Assembly: GCA_034667685.1 (NCBI GenBank)
Contig: JAXDQU010000102.1
Location: 1 to 36,575 of the forward strand
Direction: 5' to 3'
Length of the DNA: 36,575 nt
Source of the DNA: Thermoplasmata archaeon
GTDB taxonomy: Archaea; Thermoplasmatota; SW-10-69-26; JACQPN01; JAJPHT01
The notes below the pieces were generated by a model. It searched no databases. It saw nothing but the letters and a program-made list of their open reading frames with translations, and was not told where the DNA came from. How positions within the stretch are numbered: position 1 is the stretch's first letter; each line of letters opens with the position of its first letter. Both the position numbers and the translations under genes were made by a program. This document shows, piece after piece, positions 9,289 through 18,760 of this stretch.

Positions 9289-10476
9289 ATGGCCGCCAAG
9301 AAGCCCGCGACGAAGCGCGCGAAGAGCACCGACCCCGGTTTCGAGACGCGCGCGATCCACGCCGGCCAGGACCCGGACCCCACGACCAACGCGGTCGTGA
9401 CGCCGATCCACCTGACGACGACGTACGCGCAGGACGGCTTGGGCGGCCACAAGGGGTTCGAATATTCGCGCAGCGGCAACCCGACGCGCCAGGCGCTGGA
9501 GACGTGCATGGCGAGCCTGGAGGGGGGCGCGCAGGGCTTCGCGTTCGCCAGCGGCCTCTCGGCGCTCACGACCATCGCGATGCTGCTGGAGAAGGGCGAC
9601 CACGTCGTGCTGGAGGAGAACGCCTACGGCGGCACGGTGCGCGCGTTCAACCAGATCTGGTCGCGCTTCGGCATCGACGCGACGTACGTCGACGCGAGCG
9701 ATCCGGCCAACGTCGAGAAGGCGTGGCGCAAGGGCACCAAGATGCTGCTCGCCGAGACGCCGACGAACCCGAACCTGAAGCTCAATGATATCACGCGGCT
9801 CGCGAAGATCACGAAGGCCAACGGCGCGCTCTTCGTCGTGGACAACACGTTCGCCACGCCGTACCTGCAGCAGCCGCTCGCGCTGGGCGCGGACCTCGTG
9901 TGGCACTCGGCGACGAAGTACCTCGGCGGCCACAGCGACGTGATCGCGGGCGTGGCCGTCGCCAAGGACAAGGCGCTCGCGGAGCGCGTCAAGTTCCTCC
10001 AGAACGCGGCCGGCGGCGTGCTCGGGCCGTTCGATAGCTACCTCGTGCTGCGCGGCATCAAGACGCTCGCGGTGCGCATGGAGCGCCACAGCGAGAACGC
10101 GCTGGAGATCGCGACCTTCCTGGAGGCGCACCCCAAGGTCACGAAGGTCAACCACCCGTGGCTGGAGTCGCACCCCCAGACGAAGCTCGCGCAGGAGCAG
10201 ATGCGCCTGGGTGGCGGCATGCTCTCCTTCGAGGTCAAGGGGGGCAAGGCGGGCGCGGTGCGCTTCCTCAAGGGCCCCAAGCTCTGGACGCTGGCCGAGA
10301 GCCTCGGCGCGGTCGAGAGCCTGATCTGCCACCCGGTCAGCATGACGCACGCCAGCGTGCCCAAGGAGATCCGCGAGCGCAGCGGCGTGACCGACGGCTT
10401 GCTGCGGCTCTCCGTCGGGCTTGAGGACGTGGCCGATCTGAAGGCGGATCTGGAGAAGGGCCTGGCGCTGGTGTAG
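9289..10476 (+). CDS. metB: Cystathionine gamma-synthase/gamma-lyase (Cys/Met metabolism PLP enzyme)
   Basis: YSRSGNPT, FASG, YGGT, ETPTNP, DNTFATP, HSATKYLGGHSD (PLP Lys), ESLG, RLSVGLE; synthase vs lyase (metB vs mccB) not resolvable. Confidence 0.9.
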   Translation: MAAKKPATKRAKSTDPGFETRAIHAGQDPDPTTNAVVTPIHLTTTYAQDGLGGHKGFEYSRSGNPTRQALETCMASLEGGAQGFAFASGLSALTTIAMLLEKGDHVVLEENAYGGTVRAFNQIWSRFGIDATYVDASDPANVEKAWRKGTKMLLAETPTNPNLKLNDITRLAKITKANGALFVVDNTFATPYLQQPLALGADLVWHSATKYLGGHSDVIAGVAVAKDKALAERVKFLQNAAGGVLGPFDSYLVLRGIKTLAVRMERHSENALEIATFLEAHPKVTKVNHPWLESHPQTKLAQEQMRLGGGMLSFEVKGGKAGAVRFLKGPKLWTLAESLGAVESLICHPVSMTHASVPKEIRERSGVTDGLLRLSVGLEDVADLKADLEKGLALV

Positions 10477-10516
10477 CGCCCCGGCTCCCTACCGCCGTCA
10501 GTGAAGCTCGCTCCGT

Positions 10517-10598
10517 CGCGCTTCGCTTGCCGCCAACACGCGGTCACGCCAACACGCCAAGCGCCGGACGTTGGCGTGTTGGCGGCAAGCGAAGCGCG
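10517..10598. repeat. 25-bp perfect inverted repeat containing CGCCAACA octamer units
   Basis: 10517-10541 cgcgcttcgcttgccgccaacacgc pairs with 10574-10598; units cgccaaca/cgcggtca/cgccaaca. Confidence 0.9.
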
Positions 10599-10759
10599 TC
10601 ACCGGGGACCCAGGAAAAGACGGACGGGGCCGAGGGGAATCCTCGTTCAGACAGGAGGGAGGGGAGGCGCGCGCCGCGGAGAGGCTTCCGCCTGCCCGCG
10701 CCCCCCTCTTGAGCCTGCATACAGTTGGCTGCAGGCTTAGCGTTTCTCGGGAAAGAGTC

Positions 10760-11305
10760 TCAATCTCTAGAGTCGCCCGCGAGCAGGGCGTTGAGGTGCG
10801 GCGCGGGGCGCGCGTCGGCCGGGAGCTTGGCCTGGAGGATCGAGGCGCGGCGGCGGAAGCTGGGCGCGAGCCAGAGCCGGCGGCGGAAGGAGCCCTCCTC
10901 CTCGGTAAGCACGTAGAGGCGCAGAAGCTCCGGCACGTAGCGCTTGACCGTGGTCTCGCTGATGCCCAGCTCGCGCGCGATCTGGCGCGGGAAGGCGCCC
11001 GGGTGCGTGGCGACGTGCTCCAGGATGGCGCGCGCCTCCTGCAGGGCGAGGATGGCGAGGATCTCGCGCTCCCAGAGCGTGAAGTGCCCCTGCGTGTCGA
11101 AGTGCACGCGGCGCTTGCCCCAGAGCGTGGAGAGGACGTACCCCTCGTCCTCCAGGACGGAGAGGTGGTACATGACGGTGGGGTGGGTGAGGTCGAAGCG
11201 CTCGGCCATCTCGAGGATGTGGGCCGCCGGGTTGCGCTGGATGTAGTCGTACATCTGCATGCGCAGCGGGACCTTGGCCTCGTTCTTCTCGAGCCTCAGC
11301 TCCAT
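10760..11305 (-). CDS. Double winged-helix transcriptional regulator (COG3398 / HVO_0163-like)
   Basis: Two HTH units: RMQMYDYIQRNPAAHILEM...VMYHLSVLE and RAILEHVATHPG...IARELGISETTVKRY; GGAGG before ATG 11305. Confidence 0.85.
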   Translation of the reverse strand: MELRLEKNEAKVPLRMQMYDYIQRNPAAHILEMAERFDLTHPTVMYHLSVLEDEGYVLSTLWGKRRVHFDTQGHFTLWEREILAILALQEARAILEHVATHPGAFPRQIARELGISETTVKRYVPELLRLYVLTEEEGSFRRRLWLAPSFRRRASILQAKLPADARPAPHLNALLAGDSRD

Positions 11306-11364
11306 GCCTCCATCAGGGGATCGCGTGAACAAAAACATTGTCGCCCGGGCCTTGACGCGTCGGC

Positions 11365-11787
11365 TCAAAGCTCGGGGATCGGGACCGATTCAATGCAGTT
11401 GGTCACGGAGTAGGAGAGCCCCGGCTTGTTGGGGTCGCTCTTGATGGACACGCAGTCCCCGTGCGGGTTGCTGTCGCTGTAGCTGGTCCCGTAGCCGGCG
11501 CCGGTGAAGTCGTACGCGACGATCAGGTAGCTCGTCCCGGTGGGCGTCATGTCGTAGAACGCGGGGGTGGTGCCGTCGTAGGCCAGCGCGAAATGCCCGT
11601 CGGGCTGGGCGCGGAAGACCGCGTAGTGCGTGGCGCCCACGACGGGGTTCCAGACCAGGAGGACCTTGCCGTCCGCGGTGCGGTACGAGACGACGTCGGA
11701 GGGGGCCCGCAGGTCGGATTGCTCGGCGCCCACGAGCGGCACGGCGAGGACCGCGCAAGCGACGAGAAGGATGGGGATCGTCCGCAC
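11365..11787 (-). CDS. Small secreted fibronectin type III-like protein with C-terminal Cys pair
   Basis: GTG start with GGAGG SD; signal peptide; APSDV...VLLVWNPVVGATHYAVFR...YLIVAYD FN3 pattern. Confidence 0.75.
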   Translation of the reverse strand: MRTIPILLVACAVLAVPLVGAEQSDLRAPSDVVSYRTADGKVLLVWNPVVGATHYAVFRAQPDGHFALAYDGTTPAFYDMTPTGTSYLIVAYDFTGAGYGTSYSDSNPHGDCVSIKSDPNKPGLSYSVTNCIESVPIPEL

Positions 11788-11858
11788 GTCGAGCCTCCCG
11801 GGACCCGGAACGCCGCGTGGCGACAATAAACATTCCCACTCGCGTGGGGGACGACACT

Positions 11859-13301
11859 ATGCTTATCGTGCGTCGAGCGCCTGGCTCGGCGAGGCTGGAG
11901 GGAGGTCGGCTGGGCTTCGAGAGGTGGGCCGCGTTGGCGCTCGCGCTGAGCGCGCTCCTCGTCGCCATCCCGATGGCGACCGCCGCGAACGCCTCTTCCC
12001 TGGCGATCGAGGGCCCCGCGCACGCGGACCTCGCCACGCAGGCCGTCTTCGCGCTCGCCGACGGGCGCGGCCTCTCGTGGAGCGCCACGGCCCAGAGCGT
12101 CGTCGTCGACCGCGCCTACGGCTCCTACACCAAGACGGACCACCCGGCGCTGAGCAGCTACGGCCCGACGCAGACCTCCACGCTCACCTTCCAGGACGCG
12201 GCCATTCAAGGGCTGGAGGCGCGCGAAGGGGGCGCCATCCTCGTGCGCGCCCTCGGCGCCTCGATCGCGGGCCAGGCCAGCATGCCCACCGGGCTGCGCG
12301 CCGTCGTGCAGGAGCAGCCCCGCTTCCTCGAGTTCGGCTCGGCGGACGGAACCGGCGGCGACCCGTCCACGCACTACTACATCGACGAGGGCATGCCGGG
12401 CCGCTACGTCGCCGCGACGCAGGATGGCCTCTCCGTCACGCTCCACGGCACCTTCCTCCTCGTGGCCTACGGCGCCGACTACGTGCTCACCTCCGAAGGG
12501 CGCACCATGACGATGCGCACGGGCCCGCAGGACGCGCAGTCCGTGGCCGGCGTCTCGCAGGGCACCGACGAGCAGGACCGCATCACGCTCGTCAACGCCA
12601 CGCTCACGCTCGCGGTCCCCGGGCGCGCCACCCTCTGGACGACCGGCGGCCAGGTCGCCTTCACCGGCACGCTGGCGGCCGAGGCCGCGCAGGCGCTGGA
12701 GATCCAGGGATTGCGCCCGCTCCCCTCCCTCGCCGACGGCGCCGCGCGCTACCAGGGCGCCGCCACGCTGGCCATCGCGCCGGCGAGCGCGAGCGCGCTC
12801 ACCATCGAGGGCGCGCGCGCCACGCTCCCCGCGCCCGCGACGCCCGGCGCCTCCGGCTGGGGGCTGCTCGTCGTCGCCGCGCTCACCGCGACCGCCATCG
12901 GCGTCGTCGCCCTGCTGCTCGCGCGGCGCCGCGCCCGCGTCGAGGACGACACGGCCGCCGCCCTGGCCGCGATGGGCGAGCGGCGCCACGCGGACGCGAT
13001 CGCACCGCTCCAACGCGCGCTGCTGCGCCGCCCGCACGACGCGCTGCTCACGCTCGACCTCGCCATCTGCCTCGAAGAGGTCGGCCGCGTCGACGAGGCG
13101 CGCAGGCAGTACGAGGCGACGCTCGCCCGCGCGCCGGCCAACGCGGAGGCGCTCTACTACTACGCGAGGTTGCTCGCGCGCCAGCGCCACCTCGCGGAGA
13201 GCCACGCGCACCTCGCCGAGGCGCTGCTCCTCGACCCGCGCCTCGAAGAGATGGCGCGCCGCGAGCCGAGCTTCCGCGGGTTCACGGGCGTCGTGCCGTA
13301 G
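11859..13301 (+). CDS. Membrane-anchored protein: signal peptide, ~280-aa beta-rich ectodomain, one TM helix, cytoplasmic TPR repeats
   Basis: TM WGLLVVAALTATAIGVVALLLA followed by RRRAR; TPR patterns (AIAPLQRALLRRP, EARRQYEATLARAP, ALYYYARLLA, ALLLDP); start uncertain (ATG 11859 or CTG 11910 after GGAGG). Confidence 0.85.
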   Translation: MLIVRRAPGSARLEGGRLGFERWAALALALSALLVAIPMATAANASSLAIEGPAHADLATQAVFALADGRGLSWSATAQSVVVDRAYGSYTKTDHPALSSYGPTQTSTLTFQDAAIQGLEAREGGAILVRALGASIAGQASMPTGLRAVVQEQPRFLEFGSADGTGGDPSTHYYIDEGMPGRYVAATQDGLSVTLHGTFLLVAYGADYVLTSEGRTMTMRTGPQDAQSVAGVSQGTDEQDRITLVNATLTLAVPGRATLWTTGGQVAFTGTLAAEAAQALEIQGLRPLPSLADGAARYQGAATLAIAPASASALTIEGARATLPAPATPGASGWGLLVVAALTATAIGVVALLLARRRARVEDDTAAALAAMGERRHADAIAPLQRALLRRPHDALLTLDLAICLEEVGRVDEARRQYEATLARAPANAEALYYYARLLARQRHLAESHAHLAEALLLDPRLEEMARREPSFRGFTGVVP

Positions 13302-13349
13302 GCCCGGGTTTTCTACGAGAAACGGCGCCCACGTACCTACGGAATGGTC

Positions 13350-13355
13350 TTATAT
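13350..13355 (+). promoter_or_regulatory. TATA box (TTATAT) of the nuo/fpo-like operon
   Basis: Most TATA-like hexamer in the intergenic gap, about 42 nt upstream of the nuoA GTG. Confidence 0.55.
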
Positions 13356-13396
13356 TGGACGTCGCATCGGCGCCGCGTCCGGAGCGTGAGAAATCC

Positions 13397-13768
13397 GTGG
13401 CGGAAGCGACGGTCGGGAGATACATCCCGATCCTACTGATGGCCGCGCTGGGCTTCGTGATCATCTTCGTCACGCTCGCGCTCACGAAGCTCATCGCGCC
13501 GCGGCGGCCCACGGCCGGATTCCTCTCGACCTACGAGTCGGGCGAGGTCCCCGTCGGCAACGCGCGCGGCCCGATCGACGTGCAGTATTACCTCTACGTC
13601 ATCGTGTTCCTCATCATCGACATCGAGGCCGTCTTCCTCGTGCCCTGGGCGCTCCGGTTCGCCGGGCTCGGCGCGGCCGGCATCGTCGAGATGACGATCT
13701 TCGTCGGGCTCGTCCTCGTGGGCTGGCTCTACGCCTGGAAGAAGGGCGCCCTGGAGTGGCAGTCATGA
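13397..13768 (+). CDS. nuoA: Complex I-like subunit A
   Basis: [44 protein letters not shown] start inferred. Confidence 0.93.
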   Translation: MAEATVGRYIPILLMAALGFVIIFVTLALTKLIAPRRPTAGFLSTYESGEVPVGNARGPIDVQYYLYVIVFLIIDIEAVFLVPWALRFAGLGAAGIVEMTIFVGLVLVGWLYAWKKGALEWQS

Positions 13769-14310
13769 GCAAGATGATCACCCAGATCGGTGACGTCGAC
13801 GCGATCCCGCCCGAGAAGGATCCGAACTTCATCGTCACGAACGTCGACAAGCTCCTGAAGTGGGGCCGGTCGAACTCCCTCTGGCCCCTGGGCTTCGGCC
13901 TGGCCTGCTGCGCGATGGAGATGTTCGCCACCATCGGCTCGCACTATGATATCGCGCGCTTCGGCAGCGAAGTGTTCCGCTCCTCGCCGCGCCAGGCGGA
14001 CCTGATGATCGTGCCCGGCACGCTCACGAAGAAGATGGCGCCGCGCGTCAAGAAGCTCTGGGACCAGATGCCCGAGCCCAAGTGGGCCATCGCGATGGGC
14101 GCGTGCGCCACGTGCGGCGGCCCCTACCAGAACTCCTACTCCACCGTCATGGGCGTCGACAAGGTGCTCCCCGTGGACGTCTACGTCCCCGGCTGCCCGC
14201 CGCGCCCCGAGATGCTCCTGGAGGGCCTCATCCGCCTGCAGGAGAAGATCCGCGCCGACCCGCGCATCTCCCCCGGCCTCGAGAAGTACGTGACGCGGAA
14301 GGTGGCGTAA
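13765..14310 (+). CDS. nuoB: Complex I-like subunit B (N2 Fe-S cluster)
   Basis: [41 protein letters not shown] overlap with nuoA. Confidence 0.96.
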   Translation: MSKMITQIGDVDAIPPEKDPNFIVTNVDKLLKWGRSNSLWPLGFGLACCAMEMFATIGSHYDIARFGSEVFRSSPRQADLMIVPGTLTKKMAPRVKKLWDQMPEPKWAIAMGACATCGGPYQNSYSTVMGVDKVLPVDVYVPGCPPRPEMLLEGLIRLQEKIRADPRISPGLEKYVTRKVA

Positions 14311-14311
14311 G

Positions 14312-15262
14312 TTGGCGCTCCCTGACGCCGGCAACGTCGAGGACTACACCGAAGCCGAGATGATGGAGCTCGTGAAGCTCAACGAGACGGACAAGTCGAA
14401 GCTCACGAAGAACCAGAAGGCGGCCATCGCGCGTTACAACTTCAAGAAGAACAAGGGCGAGCCGATCCCGTTCAAGGGAAGCGGCGTCGCCGCGGCGCCC
14501 GCGCCGGCGCCCGCCGCCGCAGCCGCGCCCGCGGCCGGCGGCGATATCATCTCGCTGCTGCCGCCGGAGATCCAGGCGCTCGCCAAGCGCGACCCGGCCA
14601 CGCTCTCCAAGGACGAGAAGATCGCGCTCGCCAAGGCCAAATCGCAGGCCGTGCGCGCGCAGGCGGCAGCGGGCGGCGCGCCCCCCGCGGCCGACAAGCC
14701 CAAGGGCCCGAGCCCCGAGGAATTGGCCGCGCAGAAGGCGCTCACGTTCGACCACGCCAAGCTGCTCCAGGAGCGCTTCGGCGCCGCGATCACCGGCTGG
14801 GCGATGATGACCACCATGCCCTACGCCACGGTCCAGGCCGAGCGCATCGTGGACGTGGTGCGCTACCTCCAGATGGAGATGGGCTTCGACCAGCTCCGCG
14901 ACCTCACGGCGACGGACTACCCGCCCGACCGGCTGGAGGTCGTCTACAACGTCACGCGCCACGAGCCGACCCGCGCGCACATCGCGCTGCGCGTCAGGCT
15001 CCCGCGCCCCGCGCTCCCCGAGCTGCCCGAGATCCCCACCGTGACGGGCGTCTTCCAGGGCGCCGACTGGCTGGAGCGCGAGGTCTACGACCTCTTCGGC
15101 ATCCGCTTCACCGGCCACCCGTACCTCGTGCGCCTCATGCTGCCCGAGGGCTGGGTCGGCCACCCGCTGCGCAAGGACTACGACGTCAAGAAGGAGCAGT
15201 TCGTGGGCCTCGACGAGCGCGGGAATGATATCGTGTCCTTCAGGAGTGAAGACGGATGGTGA
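14312..15262 (+). CDS. nuoC: Complex I-like subunit C with long N-terminal extension
   Basis: C-terminal [20 protein letters not shown]...[11 protein letters not shown] start 1 nt after nuoB. Confidence 0.92.
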   Translation: MALPDAGNVEDYTEAEMMELVKLNETDKSKLTKNQKAAIARYNFKKNKGEPIPFKGSGVAAAPAPAPAAAAAPAAGGDIISLLPPEIQALAKRDPATLSKDEKIALAKAKSQAVRAQAAAGGAPPAADKPKGPSPEELAAQKALTFDHAKLLQERFGAAITGWAMMTTMPYATVQAERIVDVVRYLQMEMGFDQLRDLTATDYPPDRLEVVYNVTRHEPTRAHIALRVRLPRPALPELPEIPTVTGVFQGADWLEREVYDLFGIRFTGHPYLVRLMLPEGWVGHPLRKDYDVKKEQFVGLDERGNDIVSFRSEDGW

Positions 15263-16431
15263 GCCCCGCGCCCCTTCGCCACCCGACGGCGCCGACCCAC
15301 GGCAGCCACGGCCAGCGCCTCGTCATGATCAACATCGGCCCGCAGCACCCGGCCACGCACGGCGTGCTCCGGCTGAAGGTCACGCTCGAAGGCGAGATCA
15401 TCCGCGACGTCGAGCCCGTGCTGGGCTACCTGCACCGCGGCGTCGAGAAGCTCTTCGAGGACGGCAGCTACCTGCAGGCCATCCCGCTCACCGACCGCCT
15501 GGACTACCTCGCGGCGATGCACAACAACTACGCGCTCTGCCACGCGGTCGAGACGCTCATGGGCGCCAACGCGCAGGTGCCCGAGAAGGCGCAGTACATC
15601 CGCGCCCTGACCACCGAGGTCCAGCGCATCGCGAGCCACCTGCTCTGGCTCGGCGCCTTCGCGCTCGACATGGGCGCGATGACCGTCTTCTGGTGGGCCG
15701 TGCGCGACCGCGAGGGCGCGATCGCCCTGCTCGAACGCCTCAGCGGCGCGCGCCTCACGTACAACTGGTTCCGCATCGGCGGCGTCAAGAACGACCTGCC
15801 CCCCGGCTGGCTCGAGGAGTGCAGCCGCTACGTGCGCTACATGCGCGTCCGCATGCAGGAGTACGACAACCTGCTCGTGGACAATGATATCGTCAAGCTC
15901 CGCACGGTGGGCGTCGGTCCCCTCACGAAGGCGATGGCGAAGAGCTACGGCTGCTCGGGCCCCATGGCGCGCGGCTCCGGCCTCGACTGGGACCTGCGCC
16001 GCGACGAGCCGTTCAACCCCGTCTATCAGAAGATCAAGTGGAAGGTCATCACGCGCACCGAGGGCGACGCCTACGCGCGCTTCATGTGCCGCATCGGCGA
16101 GATGTACGAGTGCCTCGACATGCTCGACCAGATAGTCGCGCAGTGCCCCGAGAAGGGCGAGTACATCAGCCCCGAGATCGGCGAGGGCCCGCGCCAGCAC
16201 CGCGTCAAGCCCCCCGCGGGCGAGGTCTACGCGGCCATCGAGGGCGCGCGCGGCGAGTACGGCTGCTACATCGTGAGCGACGGCACCAACCGCCCGTACC
16301 GCTTCAAGTGGCGCGCGCCGACGCTGCACAACATCATGCCGCTCAACGACATGGTGCGCGGCCAGAAGATCCCCGACCTCATCGTGGGGCTGGGCAGCAT
16401 CGACATCGTGCTCGGCGACATGGACCGGTGA
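15256..16431 (+). CDS. nuoD: Complex I-like subunit D (quinone-binding)
   Basis: [35 protein letters not shown]; no NiFe CxxC motifs. Confidence 0.96.
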   Translation: MVSPAPLRHPTAPTHGSHGQRLVMINIGPQHPATHGVLRLKVTLEGEIIRDVEPVLGYLHRGVEKLFEDGSYLQAIPLTDRLDYLAAMHNNYALCHAVETLMGANAQVPEKAQYIRALTTEVQRIASHLLWLGAFALDMGAMTVFWWAVRDREGAIALLERLSGARLTYNWFRIGGVKNDLPPGWLEECSRYVRYMRVRMQEYDNLLVDNDIVKLRTVGVGPLTKAMAKSYGCSGPMARGSGLDWDLRRDEPFNPVYQKIKWKVITRTEGDAYARFMCRIGEMYECLDMLDQIVAQCPEKGEYISPEIGEGPRQHRVKPPAGEVYAAIEGARGEYGCYIVSDGTNRPYRFKWRAPTLHNIMPLNDMVRGQKIPDLIVGLGSIDIVLGDMDR

Positions 16432-16437
16432 CGCGAC

Positions 16438-17511
16438 ATGGTCTTCTCCCTGCCCGACGCCATCGCCCACCTGCTCTACGACAACGTCGGCTTCTTCAGC
16501 CGGCACTACTGGATCTCGTACGGCATCGCGTGGTTCGTCATCGCGTTCCTGCTCCTCAACTTCGTCATGGCCGTGGGCGGCCTCATGAGCTACCTCATGC
16601 GGAAGTTCATGGCGCGCGTGCAGACGCGCATCGGCCCCAACCGCGTGGGCCCCTTCGGCCTCTTCCAGTTCCTGGCCGACGGCATCAAGATGGTCGCCAA
16701 GGAGGAGGTTCGCCCGGCCAACGCCGACAAGTGGGCGTACCGCATCGCGCCCTACCTCGTGCTGCTCCCCGTGATGATCGCGGTCGCGCCGATCCCCTTC
16801 GGCGAGGGCGTCCTTCTCTCGGACCTGCGCTTCGGCTTCCTGTTCATCATCGCGGTCTCGGCCATCGCGCCCATCGGCGAGATCGTCGCAGGCTGGGGCT
16901 CCAACAACAAGTACGCGACCTACGGCGCCGTGCGCGCCGCCTCGCTGGACGTGAGCTACGAGATCCCGATGGTCCTCGCGGCCGTCAGCGTCGTCCTCCT
17001 CGCGGGCTCGCTCTCCACGCAGCAGATCGTCGCGCACCAGCAGCCCCTCTGGTTCATCTTCCTCCAGCCGGTGGGCGCGTTCATCTTCTTCGTGTGCGCG
17101 CTCGCCAAGGCCGGCGTCGTGCCCACGGACCTCGGCGAGTCCGAGTCCGAGCTGATCGCGGGCTGGTTCACCGAGTACGGCGGCATGAAGTTCGGCATGT
17201 TCCAGCTCAACGTGTTCTTCGGCGTCGTGTTCATCTCGATGCTGACGGCCATCCTTTTCTTCGGCGGGTGGAGCATCCCCTTCCTCACGAGCGCCGTCGT
17301 CTTCGGCATCGACTGGCTGCCGCTCCTGGGCGTGCTCATCTTCCTGGGCAAGACGGCCGTGCTCACGATGATGGTCCTGCTCACCTGGTTCACGCTGCCC
17401 CGCCTGCGTCCCGACCAGTTCCTGACGCTGGGCTGGAAGGTCCTCTTCCCGCTCTCGCTGCTCAACCTCGTCGTCACCGCGGGCGTCGTCTACTACCTGG
17501 GGGTCGGTTGA
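16438..17511 (+). CDS. nuoH: Complex I-like subunit H
   Basis: RIGPNRVGPFGLFQFLADGIK, SNNKY, SYEIP, ESELIAGWFTEY, LPRLRPDQ. Confidence 0.96.
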   Translation: MVFSLPDAIAHLLYDNVGFFSRHYWISYGIAWFVIAFLLLNFVMAVGGLMSYLMRKFMARVQTRIGPNRVGPFGLFQFLADGIKMVAKEEVRPANADKWAYRIAPYLVLLPVMIAVAPIPFGEGVLLSDLRFGFLFIIAVSAIAPIGEIVAGWGSNNKYATYGAVRAASLDVSYEIPMVLAAVSVVLLAGSLSTQQIVAHQQPLWFIFLQPVGAFIFFVCALAKAGVVPTDLGESESELIAGWFTEYGGMKFGMFQLNVFFGVVFISMLTAILFFGGWSIPFLTSAVVFGIDWLPLLGVLIFLGKTAVLTMMVLLTWFTLPRLRPDQFLTLGWKVLFPLSLLNLVVTAGVVYYLGVG

Positions 17512-17536
17512 TATCACGCGCATTCCCGTCGTCGGC

Positions 17537-17950
17537 ATGGCGAAGGGCTTCAAGGAGACGCTCAACGCGTTCTTCAAGAAGCCCGTGACGGTCGAGTACC
17601 CCGAGGAGTTCCGCGACGTCCCGGAGAACTACCGCGGCCGCATCAAGGTCTACATGGACCTCTGCGTGGGTTGCACCACCTGCTCGCTCGTCTGCCCCAA
17701 CGCGACGTGCCAGATGGAGGCGGTGGACTACCACCACCCCAAGAACAAGCGCGCCATCTTCCCGCGCATCGACGTCATCAGCTGCATGTACTGCGGGCTC
17801 TGCGAGGAAGCCTGCCCCACGGACGCGATCCGCCTGGAGAAGGAGTTCCCGGTCTCGATGTACGACCGCAGCCTGTTCGACTACGACTCCTACGAGATCG
17901 CGAAGGACCAGGGCCAAGTGGACCTGGAGCGCGCGAACGCCGGAAAGTGA
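17537..17950 (+). CDS. nuoI: Complex I-like subunit I (2x[4Fe-4S])
   Basis: TVEYPEE, CVGCTTCSLVCP, CMYCGLCEEACP. Confidence 0.95.
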   Translation: MAKGFKETLNAFFKKPVTVEYPEEFRDVPENYRGRIKVYMDLCVGCTTCSLVCPNATCQMEAVDYHHPKNKRAIFPRIDVISCMYCGLCEEACPTDAIRLEKEFPVSMYDRSLFDYDSYEIAKDQGQVDLERANAGK

Positions 17951-17954
17951 CCTC

Positions 17955-18425
17955 ATGTTCCTCGAGATCGCGTTCTTCGTCATGGCCGCCTGGATCCTCG
18001 TCTCGGCCATCATGGTCCTGCTCACCCGGGAGCTCGTCCACGCCGCCGTCTGGCTCGCCAGCATGATGGTCGGCGTCGCGGGCATCTTCATCACGCTGGG
18101 CGCCGAGTTCCTGGCGACCATCCAGATCCTCGTCTACGTCGGCGCCGTCATCACGCTGATCCTCTTCACGGTCATGCTGACCGTCCCCGAGGAGAAGGTC
18201 GACTTCCTCGACGAGGTGTACCTGCCCCCGGGCGTCACGATCGAGAAGATCGACGACCTCCAGAAGGCCGTCCCGGCCTTCGGCGGCGTGGGTCCCTACA
18301 AGGACCTCGACACCACCAACCCTCGCCGGCCCCTGAAGGCGCCGCCCACGCTCTATGGCGTGAGCCTCGCGGACAACGAGTACGGCACCGACCAGACCGA
18401 CCGCTCCAAGGAGGTCTCCAAGTGA
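17955..18425 (+). CDS. nuoJ1: Complex I-like subunit J, N-terminal half (J1), with ~75-aa soluble tail
   Basis: LGAEFLATIQILVYVGAVITLILFTVMLT. Confidence 0.9.
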   Translation: MFLEIAFFVMAAWILVSAIMVLLTRELVHAAVWLASMMVGVAGIFITLGAEFLATIQILVYVGAVITLILFTVMLTVPEEKVDFLDEVYLPPGVTIEKIDDLQKAVPAFGGVGPYKDLDTTNPRRPLKAPPTLYGVSLADNEYGTDQTDRSKEVSK

Positions 18426-18760
18426 GTTCCCCCGCTGAAGTCAACGAGGCGCCGCAGGCGCCTCAGCTATCACGCGCCGAGAAGAGGGCAAAATCTTGGC
18501 AGGAGACCAAGACCGACTTCAAGTGGGCCACGGCGCTCCTCTTCGCCCTCATCCTCGCCATCAGCGGCTACCTCTGGTCCTCGTGGAGCAAGATCCCGGC
18601 CGGCGAGGAGAACCTCAACGACATGACGGACGGCATCTTCAGCACCGGCGGCACGCTCCTCGTGCCCTTCGAGATCCTCTCGGTGCTGCTGCTCGCGGCG
18701 CTCATCGCGGGCGTGGTCATCGCGCTGCGCGACCCCGGAACGGACGAGGAGGCGCGCTGA
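18422..18760 (+). CDS. nuoJ2: Complex I-like subunit J, C-terminal half (J2)
   Basis: PFEILSVLLLAALIAGVVIA motif; GTGA overlap with J1. Confidence 0.85.
   Translation: MSSPAEVNEAPQAPQLSRAEKRAKSWQETKTDFKWATALLFALILAISGYLWSSWSKIPAGEENLNDMTDGIFSTGGTLLVPFEILSVLLLAALIAGVVIALRDPGTDEEAR

Noticed and set aside
13765-16431. Group 4 [NiFe]-hydrogenase interpretation of the operon
   Set aside because: NuoD lacks both CxxC nickel-binding motifs, and NuoB has the tandem CC of complex I.
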